Below are positions 52,364 to 63,244 of a stretch of 64,000 bases of DNA, piece after piece (positions within the stretch are counted from its first letter, which is position 1; the number at the start of each line of letters is the position of its first letter). The notes under the pieces were generated by a model. It made no database searches. It was not told the origin of the DNA and worked only from the letters and a program-made list of their open reading frames with translations. This stretch comes from Cyanophyceae cyanobacterium (GTDB lineage: Bacteria; Cyanobacteriota; Cyanobacteriia; Cyanobacteriales; Laspinemataceae), in NCBI GenBank assembly GCA_038321985.1, contig JBBQFN010000006.1, positions 32,001 through 96,000 on the forward strand. The letters are read 5' to 3'. Made by a program: the position numbers and the translations under genes.

Positions 52364-53275
52364 ATGTTGAAAAATACCTGGCCTAAAATCCCTTTTGTCT
52401 CTCTTAAACCCCACATTTCTTTTACACCCTATTTATTTTTAATTCCCGCCCTTTTTATCTTAGGATTAACCGTATTCTGGCCTGCACTCCAAGCCTTTTA
52501 TCTCAGCTTTACCCGCTATGAATACGACCTCACCCAAGCCCCCAACTGGGTCGGATTTGCTAACCTGCGCCGCCTCTGGACCGATCTGATTTTTTGGCAA
52601 ACCCTCCGCAATACCTTACTCTATCTCGTTTGTGTCGTTCCCATCCTCGTCAGCGCGCCCCTAGGACTTGCCATCCTAGTCAACGGAAAACTCCCCGGAA
52701 TGAACTGGTTTAGAACCGCTTATTACACCCCCGTTGTTATTTCTATTGTCGTCGCCGGAATTGCCTGGAAATGGCTGTACGCAGAAAATGGATTATTGAA
52801 TCAAGTCCTACAAACCTTCGGATTAGTCCGTTCCGGTTCCGGAATTCCCTGGCTAACCAGTCCTCAACTGGCCCTCTTTAGTGTCATGGCAGTAACCATT
52901 TGGAAAGGACTGGGATATTACATGATGATTTACTTAGCCGGACTGCAATCCATTTCCCCCGAATTATACGAAGCCGCCGCTTTAGACGGGTCCGATGGCA
53001 CTCGAAAACACTGGGATATCACCGTTCCTTTAATGACACCCTATCTCCTCTTAGTAGCCGTCATTTCTTCAATTTCCGCTACGAAAGTCTTTGAAGAAGT
53101 CTTCATCATGACCCAAGGCGGACCCCGAAATAGTTCTAAAACAATCGTTTATTATTTATATGAAAAAGCCTTTCAAGAGTTGGAAATTGGTTATGCCTGT
53201 ACCATTGGGCTAGTCTTATTTTTAATTATTTTTATTCTTTCGGTCTTACGATTTCTACTACCCAATCAAAATTAA
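52364..53275 (+). CDS. Carbohydrate ABC transporter permease
   Basis: EAA motif LYEAAALDG, W.G..N, KVFEEV..MTQGGP. Confidence 0.93.
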   Translation: MLKNTWPKIPFVSLKPHISFTPYLFLIPALFILGLTVFWPALQAFYLSFTRYEYDLTQAPNWVGFANLRRLWTDLIFWQTLRNTLLYLVCVVPILVSAPLGLAILVNGKLPGMNWFRTAYYTPVVISIVVAGIAWKWLYAENGLLNQVLQTFGLVRSGSGIPWLTSPQLALFSVMAVTIWKGLGYYMMIYLAGLQSISPELYEAAALDGSDGTRKHWDITVPLMTPYLLLVAVISSISATKVFEEVFIMTQGGPRNSSKTIVYYLYEKAFQELEIGYACTIGLVLFLIIFILSVLRFLLPNQN

Positions 53276-53302
53276 AAATCGAACAAACTCCGATGTTCCT
53301 AG

Positions 53303-53320
53303 TAACGACTTCAGTCGTTA
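53303..53320. repeat. REP-like palindrome
   Basis: TAACGACT-TC-AGTCGTTA between convergent genes. Confidence 0.7.
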
Positions 53321-53419
53321 TCCCAACCCTACCGGGTAAAACAGCAATCACTATCATCACCTTTTCAGGGATATTCTTAACCGATGATCACTCAGCATTG
53401 AATTCTGAAAGGAGGTGAA

Positions 53420-53650
53420 TCAGAGTTTACTACCCGAATTTTCTACTGAGGAACCATCGCGAATGGAATATTCAAGAGAACGGGGGTTGTCCAAACGCTT
53501 CGAGGCATCTAAAATTTCCATTCCCACCATATTTCCATCTTGGTCATAATCTAGGATAACTCCCGGCTTTTCTTCGTCGCTTTCTTCAATCGCACTGGCG
53601 GTAAAAATAATTCGCAATGTATCAACTTCGGGGTCATAGATAATTTTCAT
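53420..53650 (-). CDS. DUF2283 family protein (putative antitoxin)
   Basis: MKIIYDPEVDTL, GVILDYD..G..VGMEILDAS. ATG at 53650. Confidence 0.9.
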   Translation of the reverse strand: MKIIYDPEVDTLRIIFTASAIEESDEEKPGVILDYDQDGNMVGMEILDASKRLDNPRSLEYSIRDGSSVENSGSKL

Positions 53651-53652
53651 GG

Positions 53653-53907
53653 CTAAACCCAATATTTTGTAATTTTACTGGTGCGATAGGCGGTGATAAC
53701 AACGGCTGGATCGCTATTATCTGCAACAATAACTCGAATTAAATAGATTTTACCTCCGCCAAAATCTACTTGAGATTGATAGGCTTTTCTGCCCTCTTTT
53801 TCGGCAATAATTTGCTGAGGATTATTTAAAACTGATTCTACCATATTTTGCTGAAGCCCTCGGCGCTGTAGTTCTTGTAAAGCATGGTTAGAAAAGATGA
53901 AATTCAT
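53653..53907 (-). CDS. DUF4258 family protein (putative RelE-like toxin)
   Basis: FSNHA...RRG, VITAYRTSKITKYW. Immediately upstream of DUF2283. Confidence 0.85.
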   Translation of the reverse strand: MNFIFSNHALQELQRRGLQQNMVESVLNNPQQIIAEKEGRKAYQSQVDFGGGKIYLIRVIVADNSDPAVVITAYRTSKITKYWV

Positions 53908-53912
53908 GGGGT

Positions 53913-54463
53913 TTAAACCTCTGTTCTCTCCAGTTGCTCTGCTACTGCTGCCGCTTGTTCAGGATACATCTGTGCCAGATATCCACACATTCGGTAAGCT
54001 GTCTCCCGAGAGGAAGCAGCGGGAATTAAAAGCTGTTTAAAGTTTTTCCCATCCTTTACTTTCGCCATGAGAGAGGCGATGATAGCAATCCGGTAATTAC
54101 GGACTTTCTCTAGAAGGTTTAGCATCTCTACTGCTTCTTTTCATCCTTTGCCAGCCTATACGTGTATCTGCAAAATTATCCACCTTGCTTTTAACTGTTT
54201 GCGTTTACCGCGAATCCGTTCTTTCGCTGTGAGAGTAGTTTTTAATATTTCTTTTATTCCATCCTTTTCTCCTTTTTTCACTGAAATTATGCTATAGCTT
54301 TTTTCACAGTTTCTTGGCCTTGCTGCATCTGGTACTTGACATGATCCCAAATTGTATGAACTACTTTACCGCTTAATGCGCTCACGGCACCGGCAGGGGC
54401 CTTCTTTCTGACTAAGGCAGTTAAAGCAGTCAGGAGGTTGAGCACCGTTGTAGACTCTATCAT
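53913..54463 (-). pseudogene. Decayed gene remnant upstream of the DUF4258/DUF2283 pair
   Basis: 58-codon ORF 54463-54287 (MIESTTVLNLLTAL...). Track ORFs 54156-54350 and 53913-54125 share one frame, separated by in-frame TAG and TGA. Confidence 0.5.
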
Positions 54464-54546
54464 GAGCTTGACGGTCAGAGGCAGGTTTTAGGTGGAATTA
54501 TTTTATTCTAACTGAGATTTAGGAGAAACAGTTAGGGTGGCTAAGG

Positions 54547-54573
54547 ATAGAGAATAGAGAATAGAGAATAGAG
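54547..54573 (+). repeat. STRR-type heptamer tandem repeat
   Basis: (ATAGAGA)x3 plus ATAGAG. Confidence 0.85.
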
Positions 54574-54647
54574 GGCACCCCAATCTACATTTTGAAAGCG
54601 TGTTGTTAAATAAAACCTCCTTAAGGGGAAGGATTATCGGGCTTTCT

Positions 54648-57600
54648 TTAAAACCTGCCTTCAAATTCCAATAGGGCGCGATTGTTATTATCAAAATCGG
54701 TGGAACCACGTAACAAAATTTGGTCATTGATGCGGTAGCGAATGCTGAATTGAGTGGGGCTATCATCAATTAAAATACGTTCAAGGGAGGCGGATAGGTT
54801 GCGGGTAATATCGACTCCGGCTTCTACTTCTAAGGCAAAGCGATCGCCACTTTTTTCATCGACGAGGGCGGGTCCTACACGAAATTCACTGAGTCCTAAT
54901 GCATCACCGATCGCATCTTGGAGGTCTCCTAAAAGGGTGGTCCCGGCAATGTTGGCAAGGGCTAAGGTTGTATTTCCTTGTCCAAATGTATTGATAAATC
55001 CACCGCCAATTAGTCCGACGATTTCTTGTTCAGTTCTGGCCGGTTCGCTGCTGAGTTCTAGATTATCATTTAACTGCGATGCGAACCCATCCACTCGAGC
55101 TAAAACTCGCACACTTCTGACTTTTCCTACGCTGGTATCGATCGCCTCGTTGACTTCGGAGGATGTGGCGACACTGACTAAATTTCCCCGTACTTCCGGT
55201 ACGGTTGCCATTAACCGCACATCGACATAGGGATCTAATGTCCCGTTAAATACGGCTACATTATCATAGCCGCGCATTAACCTAAATTGAGTGGTAAATA
55301 AATTGATTTGTCCCCGTTCTAGGGTAATCGTTCCCCGAGGGCGCAAGTCTTCTAAAAAGCCATTGATGGTTAAATCCCCGACGGCTAAAAAGCTCAATAA
55401 AGGTGGACTTTCGACTTGCAAGTTATTCCCGAGGACGACTCGCAAATCATTAAACTCCACTCCGGTTTCTGCCTCGGGTGCTGCTGTACCCGTCCCTGAG
55501 TCTGCTGTTGCTTCTGCTTCGGTGGGTAATAGCACCTGTCCATTGGAAAGGACAATTTCACCGCCGATTTGCGGTTCTAAAGCCGTGCCGGTAATCAAAA
55601 CTTGACCTTGAACTCCCCCTTCATATAATCCTTTAAAATTGACTCCTAATTCATTAAGAGAAATAGTTAAGGGATTATTGGCGACGTCGGAATCGACAGC
55701 ACTTAAAGGAATAGATATCGGCAGAATTCCAGCCGCGACAATCGTCCCATTGCTGAATTCTCCTCGCACGCCTTCAACAAGGATGCGATCGCTGGCAAAT
55801 CGGGCGGTTCCTGTTACGTTAGTCAGGGGTTCTGGTAATGCTTCGGAGTTAATAGTGGCATTTTCAATGATTGCCTCACCCTGGGCGATTAACTCCTCGA
55901 TTTCCCCAGTTTCTGGATTTAGGTTTCCCCGCGCTTCAAGGCGGACTCTCCCGATTCCGTCCACCCATTCTACTTGTTGTGCGGAAAGGATATTAATTAG
56001 GGTTAACCCTTCATTTTGAATATCTACATCAAGACTAATTGCCTCGTTCCCTGGTGTAGGAGGTAGGGGGACACTTGCGTTGATTTGGAAGGTTTCTGGC
56101 TCAATGCTGCTAAAATTCAGCCGGGAATTGCCAAAGCTGAATCCACCCCGCAGGGACGGAATATCCTCCCCATTGATAGTGCCATCGACTAAGGCGACTT
56201 CCCCGATCGCCTGGGGACTTTCTACGGTACCGGCAAGGGTCGCCCGCACATTGATTAACCCATCGATATCAAAGTTGGGAGGAAGTTCTACAAAGTCCTG
56301 AATCAGATAGGCGGGTAGCTGTTCGACGCGCAATTGTCCCGACTGAGTTTCTCCACCGAGGGTACCTGTAAAGGCGATTGTACTGCCTTCTGCTTCGATT
56401 CGTAACGGTAGGAATGTTACTGCACCCTCGGCTATATTTCCCCGGATTCTGACTCGGTTAATATCTAAAGTGCGACCTTCCAAGCGGACAACTTCCCCTT
56501 CGATGATTGCGGGATAGGGGGTTTGCGTAAACCAGGTTAAATTCTCACCTCCAATATTAAAACTTCCCTCTACCCCCGTTTCTACGGAACCGGCAAAGGT
56601 AATTTCACCGCCTAGGGTTCCCCGAATATCCACCCGTTCCGGGACTCCCGGCGCTTGCTGTGCTCGGGCATTGAGTTGGACGAGGGTGCTAATTTCAGAG
56701 AACCGCCGCAGTTGGGCAAGCAAGGAGGTATTCGGGGTTCCCACAAAATCGGGTTGGACGGCTTCGGGAGTGGCATACTCGGGTGGTAGTAACCCCCGTT
56801 GCAAATCAGCAATGGTAAAGATTTGTAGGGTCTGAAGTATATCTTCGACTTGACCTCGGGCAATCTCGATCCGTCCTTCAAAATTGGGGTCGTCATCCAA
56901 AACGGCGCGTGCTTGGATTAAATATTCACTGTCTCCAAACCGCAAGGCACCGGCATTGAGGACGCCTACGTTATCCGCAAAGGAAATCTCACCCACAATT
57001 TCGTTAAGCTGGATTAGTCCGATGCGGGGTTGGCGGATTTCGAGTTGAGCCAAGGCTGCCTGGGTGTCTAAATTAAATTGACCCTGGGCGAAGAGTAACC
57101 CGCCTACGGGACCTTGTTCGGGCGGGACAACGACATTGAGAATGGCAAGGGGGAATTGTGAGATTTCAAAATTGAGAAGATTACTATTATCAATGGTACC
57201 TTCGGCCAGGGCTTCTCCTGCTCTCACTAAAAAGGATTCCGGGAAGAAGTTTTCATCCAGGGCAACAGAAATAGCATCCTGAGTTCCCTGAATGGCGATC
57301 GTCACTCCTTCGCCGCTATTTACCCGAATTGGGCCGGTTAAAACTGGCTCGAATTCCAATGTAGCAATGGCAAATTCCTCTAGTCGCACATCCCCGATTA
57401 CTGCAATATCAAAAGGCAAGGGCTGGGGTGTGGGGGGTACGGTTCCGGTAATCTGTCCGGCAAAATTCACGGTTCCGGCAATAAATGGTGGCAGGGGTTC
57501 GCCGGTTGCGGTTTCCGTGGGAAGATTTGCCACAGGCAGAGGTAACCCAGCTAAATTAAAGTCGGTGACATTCAGGTTAAAGTCAAATCCAGTGACTTGC

Positions 57601-60600
57601 GGGGCTTCGACGCCAGCGACATCTACGAAGACAGAACCGTTGGCGGTTAATCCGGGTGCCGATATCTGAGTCACTTCTAAACTTTCCCCGGTCCAGCGAA
57701 AGGCGCTGGTTAGGGGAGAAATGCTGCTGGCAAAGGGGGAGAGGGAAGAATTAGGGGTGAGGGAGTCTAAGACTAATTCCGCTTGTCCGTTGGCCCGAAT
57801 ATCTGCCAGTTCAAAGGAATCGGCGGTCCCCGATAGGCGGACGGTTCCCGTGGAGAGGGCTAAGGGTTCGGTCAAGTTGGGTGCAAAGGCATTTAAGGGG
57901 AGGTCTGATGCCTGTAAGACGGTGTTCCAGGTGCCGCCATTCAATCCAAAGGTACTGGTTACGGTTGCCCCAGCGACCCGTAATCGGGCATCTCCGGCAA
58001 TATCCAGATTTTGCGGTTCTAATTGCTGTATATTCCCGTCTACGCGGAAGTCGGCATTGGCAAGTTCTACCCATACGGGTAAATCGGGGGCGAGTTGATT
58101 GACTTGTATCCCGTTCGAGTTGATAAAGGCGCTCACATTGCCATTGTTTAAGGTTGCATCTGCCTGGATTCGACCGTTGGCAACGGCGATTTGTGCTTCG
58201 GCGGTGGCGTTAATCCCGCTGGGAGTAAAGGAGGTGATAGTTCCGCCTAATCCGACGCGACTATCGGAAATTTGTATAGTTGGGTTCACACCGGGGGCAA
58301 ATTGATTTAATCCGAACTCGTCGGCGAGTAGGGTAGCTTGAAATTCGCCGTTTCGTAAGAATCCTTCCCCGGTGACTGCGGCATTGGAGACGAGTAACTG
58401 GAATTGAGTCCGGGCATCCAGGGTGAGGGGGTTGAATTCGGCGAGATTGGCGCGGATGGTAGTCTCGGCATTGGCGATCGCGATCGGGATGGCTAAATCG
58501 GGGGCGAACTGATTGGCGTCGATACCTGTGGCATTAATTACGGTTTCAAGTTGCCCATTACGGACGGTTCCGTTCCCAGTGAGATTACCATTGGCGAGTG
58601 CGAGTTGTAATTCTGCGCTGCCATCAACTCCCTGGAGTTCCAAGGACTTGATCCTGCCGGATGCAGCCAATCGACCCTCACCAATTGCTAAATTTTGAGG
58701 TAAATTTTGGGCCAATTGACTGCCCTGAATGTTACGGGTGGTCACCAATGCCTCAAACTGCCCATTCCGGACTGTGGCAGTAGCAACGCCCTTGGCATCA
58801 GCGACATCGAGATTGGCATTCAAGGTGAGATTTAGCGCCGTGGGATCTAAGGTGGCGATATCCCCTGAAACCGCCAAGCGTCCCTGATTCACCACCACAG
58901 GCACGGGCAACGCTACAAAAGGATTAACGGCAATGCGATCGCCTGTTATGGTTCCGGAGAATTGACCCTGATTTAACTTGCCCTCCCCTTGAAGACTCCC
59001 CCCGGGGGTTTGCAGTCGCACTTGGGCGGTGGCAACCACGGCCTCTGGGGTAACATTAGCTAAATTGCCTCGGGCCACCACTTGACCCCCCTGGAGTTTT
59101 ACCCCAGCTAGGTTTGGGTTTACTTGTTCTAGGCCTAATCCCGCCCCATTCACCACCCCCTCAAATTGCCCCCGATTCACCGTAGAACGTGCCGTAACTG
59201 TGCCTCCGAAGAGTTGCACCTCACCTTGAAGGTTCGCGTTAATATCCTCGGGTGCAAAGCTATTAAACCGTCCCGAAGCAGTCACTCGTCCTCGCCCCAA
59301 AGTGAGAGGAAGTCCTGGATCATTCGGGGAAGGACTGGGGAGATAAGACAAAGGACTGGTCACCACGGACGCTTGAAAATTGCCATTTTGCAGCCTACCG
59401 TCAGCGACTGCGGTGCCGTTGGCAACATTAAATCGCAGTTGGGTCGTGGCGTTGAGAGTAGCGGGGGTGAGGGTTTCTAAGTTCCCGGCAACGTTAATCC
59501 GACCTTGGGCTAATTGGACCGGAACCGGCAGGAGATCGGGGAATAGGCGATCGAGTTGCAGGTTATCAGCGGTGAGAGTAGCTTGGAGGTTGCCTTGGCG
59601 GACGGTGGCATTGGCATTGAGGGGAGCACCGGCAATATTCAGGTTGAATTGGGCTGTCCCATTTACGCCGTTGAGTTCCAAACTGTCCAGGGTTCCCGTC
59701 ACCGTCCCTTGACCATTGGCCACATTGACAGGACCGGGTAAGTTGGGACCGAGGAAGGGTTCTAAGGGGACATCGGAAGCATTAAAGGTAGCATCAAACG
59801 CCCCATTGACTAAGCGACCATTTACGGTAACTGGGGCATCCCCGACTCTAAGCTGGATTTGAGTCGTGGCTAAAATATCCTCGGGATTTAAGCTGGGTTC
59901 GACCCCGGACAAGTCTGCCGAGAGGTTAACCCGCCCATTGGCGAGGAAGACGGGGAGGGGTGCGGGTTGGGGAAGGAAAGGGGTTAAAGGAAGTTCGGAG
60001 GCGTTGAGGGCGGCGACTAATTGGCCGTTAAGGAGTTGACCGTTGGCGGTGAGGGGATTTCCGGCTACGGTGAGTTGGAGTTGGCTGGTGGCAGCGATCG
60101 CACTTAAGGCTAAATTATCTAAATTCCCCGATAGATTGACCCGACCCTGGGCGATCGCCACTGGGACCGGGAGGAGTCCGGGAATCACCCCATCTAGGGC
60201 AACTCCGGCAGTGGTAGCAATCACCTGAAACTCCCCATTATTCAAGGCGGCATCCGCACTCAAAGTCCCCCCCGGAACCTGTAACTGGGCGTTAGCAGTT
60301 GCTTGGAGATTCTCTGGGTCTAAAGAGCCCGCCAAAGTGCCACCCAGGGTCAGGTTAGCTGTGGGGAGGTTTGCCGGAACCGTCAAATTAGGGATAAATT
60401 CAGCTAAATTTACCTCGGAGGCGCGGACATTGGCTTGCCATTGGCCGTTATTAACGGTGGCATCTGCGGTAAGAGTTCCCACTCCAAGGGTATCCACCGA
60501 GGACCGGGCGATCACAGAGAGTTCGTTGGCATCCAGTTCTAGGTTACCTTCGGCTTGGATCCGAGCTTGTAAGGTCCCCGGTGTGGAGAGGGCGGGAGTC

Positions 60601-62327
60601 TCTCCCGGTGCCGCCAGTTGGTTGATATCCAATCCTTCTGCGGTGATGAAAGCACGCCAACGCTCATCCGCTAAACTGCCGTTAGCGGTAACCGTACCTC
60701 CCGCGACTAGAAAGCGGGCATTGGGGACTACGATCGTGTCGGAGAGGACAATAATTTCCCCTTGACCGGGATAGGTTGCTTGAGGTAAGGCCCACTCGAT
60801 CAAGGTAGTAGGACTCTCGGCGGATCCGGTAATTTTAGCCGTGGCATTGGCGACACCGAGGCGGATGGGGAGGGGAGACTCTAGGTAGGGTTGAGCGATC
60901 GCATCGGCGGGGATATTGCGCGCCTCAAACTGAAGGGCGATCGCCTGCATCGGTTCTAAGGGGATGACACCCCTGCCGGTAATTTCCCCTCCCGCTATCG
61001 GTTGGGCGATAAATCGGTTTAACGTGAGGGTGCTTTGTTCAACGGCGATCGTGACATTTGCTTCAAGCAACCCCAATTGAAGTTGGTCCACGAAAATCGG
61101 TTGAGTATTAGCAACTGCGGCCTCTACAATAGGTGCTTCCAATCGTCCCGTCAGTTGCAATTCCCCGGCTAATTCCCCGGTAATTTCTAGGGGGACTTCC
61201 AGTTGCAGGGATTTAATAAAATCCTCTGTACTCACCGGCAAAATCTTGAGTCCTAAATTGTATTCCCCCTCTCCCTGTGTATCAATGACCCCTTGCGCGG
61301 TAGCGGGAATCGTTCCATAAACAGCACTAGCATTTTCAAACCCAACCTTTAACTCGGAAAAGCGCAACAAACCTCGTGCTTGAGTAATGTTTTGGGGTAA
61401 TCCTACTAACTGGGCATTAATATCCCAAAAACTGGCAACGCCCTGCCATCCAAACAGTTCCTCATTACTCAGATGAATGGTCAAATTGGCATTTAGTCTT
61501 CCCTGATAGGCAACCAGAGGTAAATTAGGAATTAACGGGATAACCTCCGGCGCATACAAATTATTTCCCTGAATCCGCAACTTTGTTTCCGTTGTTTTCA
61601 GTTGCGTCTCCCCACTCACCACTAACTCCGGGTTCGGCCCGCGATCGCCTTCAATTTCATATCGGGGATTCGCCCGGACTTGATAGGATACCCGAGTTTG
61701 TTCGTCCAAAAAATTAGCGGCCCCCTGGACATTTTCGATCGCCAGAGGGCGAGGGGGTGGCACCGTTTCTAAGTTTTCAATTTCTGCCCGCAGTTGAGGA
61801 GAAGGCACAAGGACGAGAAATCCCGACTCAAACCGAATCGCGTCTACCTCAATCTTAATGGGGCCCGGTTCATCATCGCCGGGATGAAGGGTCGTTTCTA
61901 ACCAACCTCCCTCCCTATTTTGTTCAAGATAGATATCCGGTGCAACGAGGGTGATATCTAAAGCTAGGGTGCGACTTTGTAAGAACTTCCAGAGGTTAAA
62001 AGATACCTCCACCCGCTCAATGATAGCCCGGTCCGGGTCCGTGGCGGTAGGGGGAACGTTGGATTTCCCTAGGCTAATGGTGGAGAGGGAGAACCCTGTT
62101 ACCGGACCCACGGCCACCGGGCGCTGAATCAGCTTCGTGAGTTCAACACTCACCAGGGGAGAAAGTTTATTCATCACAAAATACCACCCATAGACCGCAC
62201 CTGTTGCCCCCCCCGCAAGGAAGAGGGCACCGACAGTCCAGCTAGTCCGTTTTAACAGCAGCCTCCAGTCAGGGGAGTGCTTTGGTGGATCTGATTGAGG
62301 TTGGGGAGAGTTGGGGGAGTGGGTCAT
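54648..62327 (-). CDS. tamB: TamB/DUF490 family translocation and assembly module protein (Tic236-like), 2559 aa
   Basis: N-terminal TM anchor, beta-rich body, and a TamB-type C-terminus (GQINLFTTQFRL, DPYVDVRL, L.SEP, ending EFEGRF). Confidence 0.88.
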   Translation of the reverse strand: MTHSPNSPQPQSDPPKHSPDWRLLLKRTSWTVGALFLAGGATGAVYGWYFVMNKLSPLVSVELTKLIQRPVAVGPVTGFSLSTISLGKSNVPPTATDPDRAIIERVEVSFNLWKFLQSRTLALDITLVAPDIYLEQNREGGWLETTLHPGDDEPGPIKIEVDAIRFESGFLVLVPSPQLRAEIENLETVPPPRPLAIENVQGAANFLDEQTRVSYQVRANPRYEIEGDRGPNPELVVSGETQLKTTETKLRIQGNNLYAPEVIPLIPNLPLVAYQGRLNANLTIHLSNEELFGWQGVASFWDINAQLVGLPQNITQARGLLRFSELKVGFENASAVYGTIPATAQGVIDTQGEGEYNLGLKILPVSTEDFIKSLQLEVPLEITGELAGELQLTGRLEAPIVEAAVANTQPIFVDQLQLGLLEANVTIAVEQSTLTLNRFIAQPIAGGEITGRGVIPLEPMQAIALQFEARNIPADAIAQPYLESPLPIRLGVANATAKITGSAESPTTLIEWALPQATYPGQGEIIVLSDTIVVPNARFLVAGGTVTANGSLADERWRAFITAEGLDINQLAAPGETPALSTPGTLQARIQAEGNLELDANELSVIARSSVDTLGVGTLTADATVNNGQWQANVRASEVNLAEFIPNLTVPANLPTANLTLGGTLAGSLDPENLQATANAQLQVPGGTLSADAALNNGEFQVIATTAGVALDGVIPGLLPVPVAIAQGRVNLSGNLDNLALSAIAATSQLQLTVAGNPLTANGQLLNGQLVAALNASELPLTPFLPQPAPLPVFLANGRVNLSADLSGVEPSLNPEDILATTQIQLRVGDAPVTVNGRLVNGAFDATFNASDVPLEPFLGPNLPGPVNVANGQGTVTGTLDSLELNGVNGTAQFNLNIAGAPLNANATVRQGNLQATLTADNLQLDRLFPDLLPVPVQLAQGRINVAGNLETLTPATLNATTQLRFNVANGTAVADGRLQNGNFQASVVTSPLSYLPSPSPNDPGLPLTLGRGRVTASGRFNSFAPEDINANLQGEVQLFGGTVTARSTVNRGQFEGVVNGAGLGLEQVNPNLAGVKLQGGQVVARGNLANVTPEAVVATAQVRLQTPGGSLQGEGKLNQGQFSGTITGDRIAVNPFVALPVPVVVNQGRLAVSGDIATLDPTALNLTLNANLDVADAKGVATATVRNGQFEALVTTRNIQGSQLAQNLPQNLAIGEGRLAASGRIKSLELQGVDGSAELQLALANGNLTGNGTVRNGQLETVINATGIDANQFAPDLAIPIAIANAETTIRANLAEFNPLTLDARTQFQLLVSNAAVTGEGFLRNGEFQATLLADEFGLNQFAPGVNPTIQISDSRVGLGGTITSFTPSGINATAEAQIAVANGRIQADATLNNGNVSAFINSNGIQVNQLAPDLPVWVELANADFRVDGNIQQLEPQNLDIAGDARLRVAGATVTSTFGLNGGTWNTVLQASDLPLNAFAPNLTEPLALSTGTVRLSGTADSFELADIRANGQAELVLDSLTPNSSLSPFASSISPLTSAFRWTGESLEVTQISAPGLTANGSVFVDVAGVEAPQVTGFDFNLNVTDFNLAGLPLPVANLPTETATGEPLPPFIAGTVNFAGQITGTVPPTPQPLPFDIAVIGDVRLEEFAIATLEFEPVLTGPIRVNSGEGVTIAIQGTQDAISVALDENFFPESFLVRAGEALAEGTIDNSNLLNFEISQFPLAILNVVVPPEQGPVGGLLFAQGQFNLDTQAALAQLEIRQPRIGLIQLNEIVGEISFADNVGVLNAGALRFGDSEYLIQARAVLDDDPNFEGRIEIARGQVEDILQTLQIFTIADLQRGLLPPEYATPEAVQPDFVGTPNTSLLAQLRRFSEISTLVQLNARAQQAPGVPERVDIRGTLGGEITFAGSVETGVEGSFNIGGENLTWFTQTPYPAIIEGEVVRLEGRTLDINRVRIRGNIAEGAVTFLPLRIEAEGSTIAFTGTLGGETQSGQLRVEQLPAYLIQDFVELPPNFDIDGLINVRATLAGTVESPQAIGEVALVDGTINGEDIPSLRGGFSFGNSRLNFSSIEPETFQINASVPLPPTPGNEAISLDVDIQNEGLTLINILSAQQVEWVDGIGRVRLEARGNLNPETGEIEELIAQGEAIIENATINSEALPEPLTNVTGTARFASDRILVEGVRGEFSNGTIVAAGILPISIPLSAVDSDVANNPLTISLNELGVNFKGLYEGGVQGQVLITGTALEPQIGGEIVLSNGQVLLPTEAEATADSGTGTAAPEAETGVEFNDLRVVLGNNLQVESPPLLSFLAVGDLTINGFLEDLRPRGTITLERGQINLFTTQFRLMRGYDNVAVFNGTLDPYVDVRLMATVPEVRGNLVSVATSSEVNEAIDTSVGKVRSVRVLARVDGFASQLNDNLELSSEPARTEQEIVGLIGGGFINTFGQGNTTLALANIAGTTLLGDLQDAIGDALGLSEFRVGPALVDEKSGDRFALEVEAGVDITRNLSASLERILIDDSPTQFSIRYRINDQILLRGSTDFDNNNRALLEFEGRF

Positions 62328-62668
62328 CTGGTGATATCAACAGCGCTTAATCTACTACAACGCGAGAATTGCCGGTTTCGCTGGAGCTGCATCAAACTCC
62401 AATCCCCCAAGGTTAGGGGAGGACTTTAATCCAGAAATTGGCGATTGCTTACCCCAAGGATCAGACCCCGAAGGCTTGAGACTCGGACAATGTGGCTTTA
62501 GACTGAGTAAAGACTCCGTATGATTCAGGCCGAGACTGCGAGGGGAGATTTTTAATTTAATCCAAGGGGTTTCGTCCGGCGTCTACCTAGGGGTTAGTCC
62601 CTGGGCAGATCGCGCTTGCCCCTTCTTAAAGATAAACTACTCAAAGTTTAGAAATATCGTTTGAGCTT

Positions 62669-63037
62669 ATGCGAGTATTCGTGTTACTCTTTAATCCCCG
62701 CACGGAGAATGAAGGTATCCACACCCTACAAATTGGCGATCGCAACACGATCCTGATGTTTGAGTCGGAAGATGACGCCACCCGGTACGCCCTGTTGCTG
62801 GAGGCTCAAGATTTTGCAAGTCCCACTCCTGAAGCCCTTGATTCGGAGGAGATTGAGGAATTTTGCCAAGAAGCCGGGTATGACTCCAAGCTGATCCATG
62901 AAGGGGAGTTAGCGATTCCCCCAGAAACCAATCTGGAAGAACTGGATTGGCAGGAGGAGGCCCCGCCACCGGATGATGATAATCTGCCCCAATCTGAACT
63001 GGATCGCATTCGCCGACAGTTGGAAGGGCTACTCTAA
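62669..63037 (+). CDS. DUF3110 family protein
   Basis: MRVFVLLFN..TENEGIH, FESEDDATRYALLLEAQDF, C-terminal RRQLEGLL. Confidence 0.88.
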   Translation: MRVFVLLFNPRTENEGIHTLQIGDRNTILMFESEDDATRYALLLEAQDFASPTPEALDSEEIEEFCQEAGYDSKLIHEGELAIPPETNLEELDWQEEAPPPDDDNLPQSELDRIRRQLEGLL

Positions 63038-63244
63038 CGGTTATGGATCCCATGCCGGCGGGAACCCGACGAAAGGGCAGCCACTTGCTGTTTCGATTCC
63101 CTGTGTCTTGGGGAGGGGAGCACAAGTGGCAGCCACTGGCTGTTTCGGTTCCCTCCAACTGCTACCCCTGACGCCGCCCATCCCCTCAAAATCCCCTCAT
63201 CCCTGCTCAAAAATTTTTAATCATTCATTACCCATTGCTCAATC

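Noticed and set aside
54754..60765. Many plus-strand ORFs inside tamB
   Set aside because: Antisense shadows of a long coding frame, with no protein motifs.
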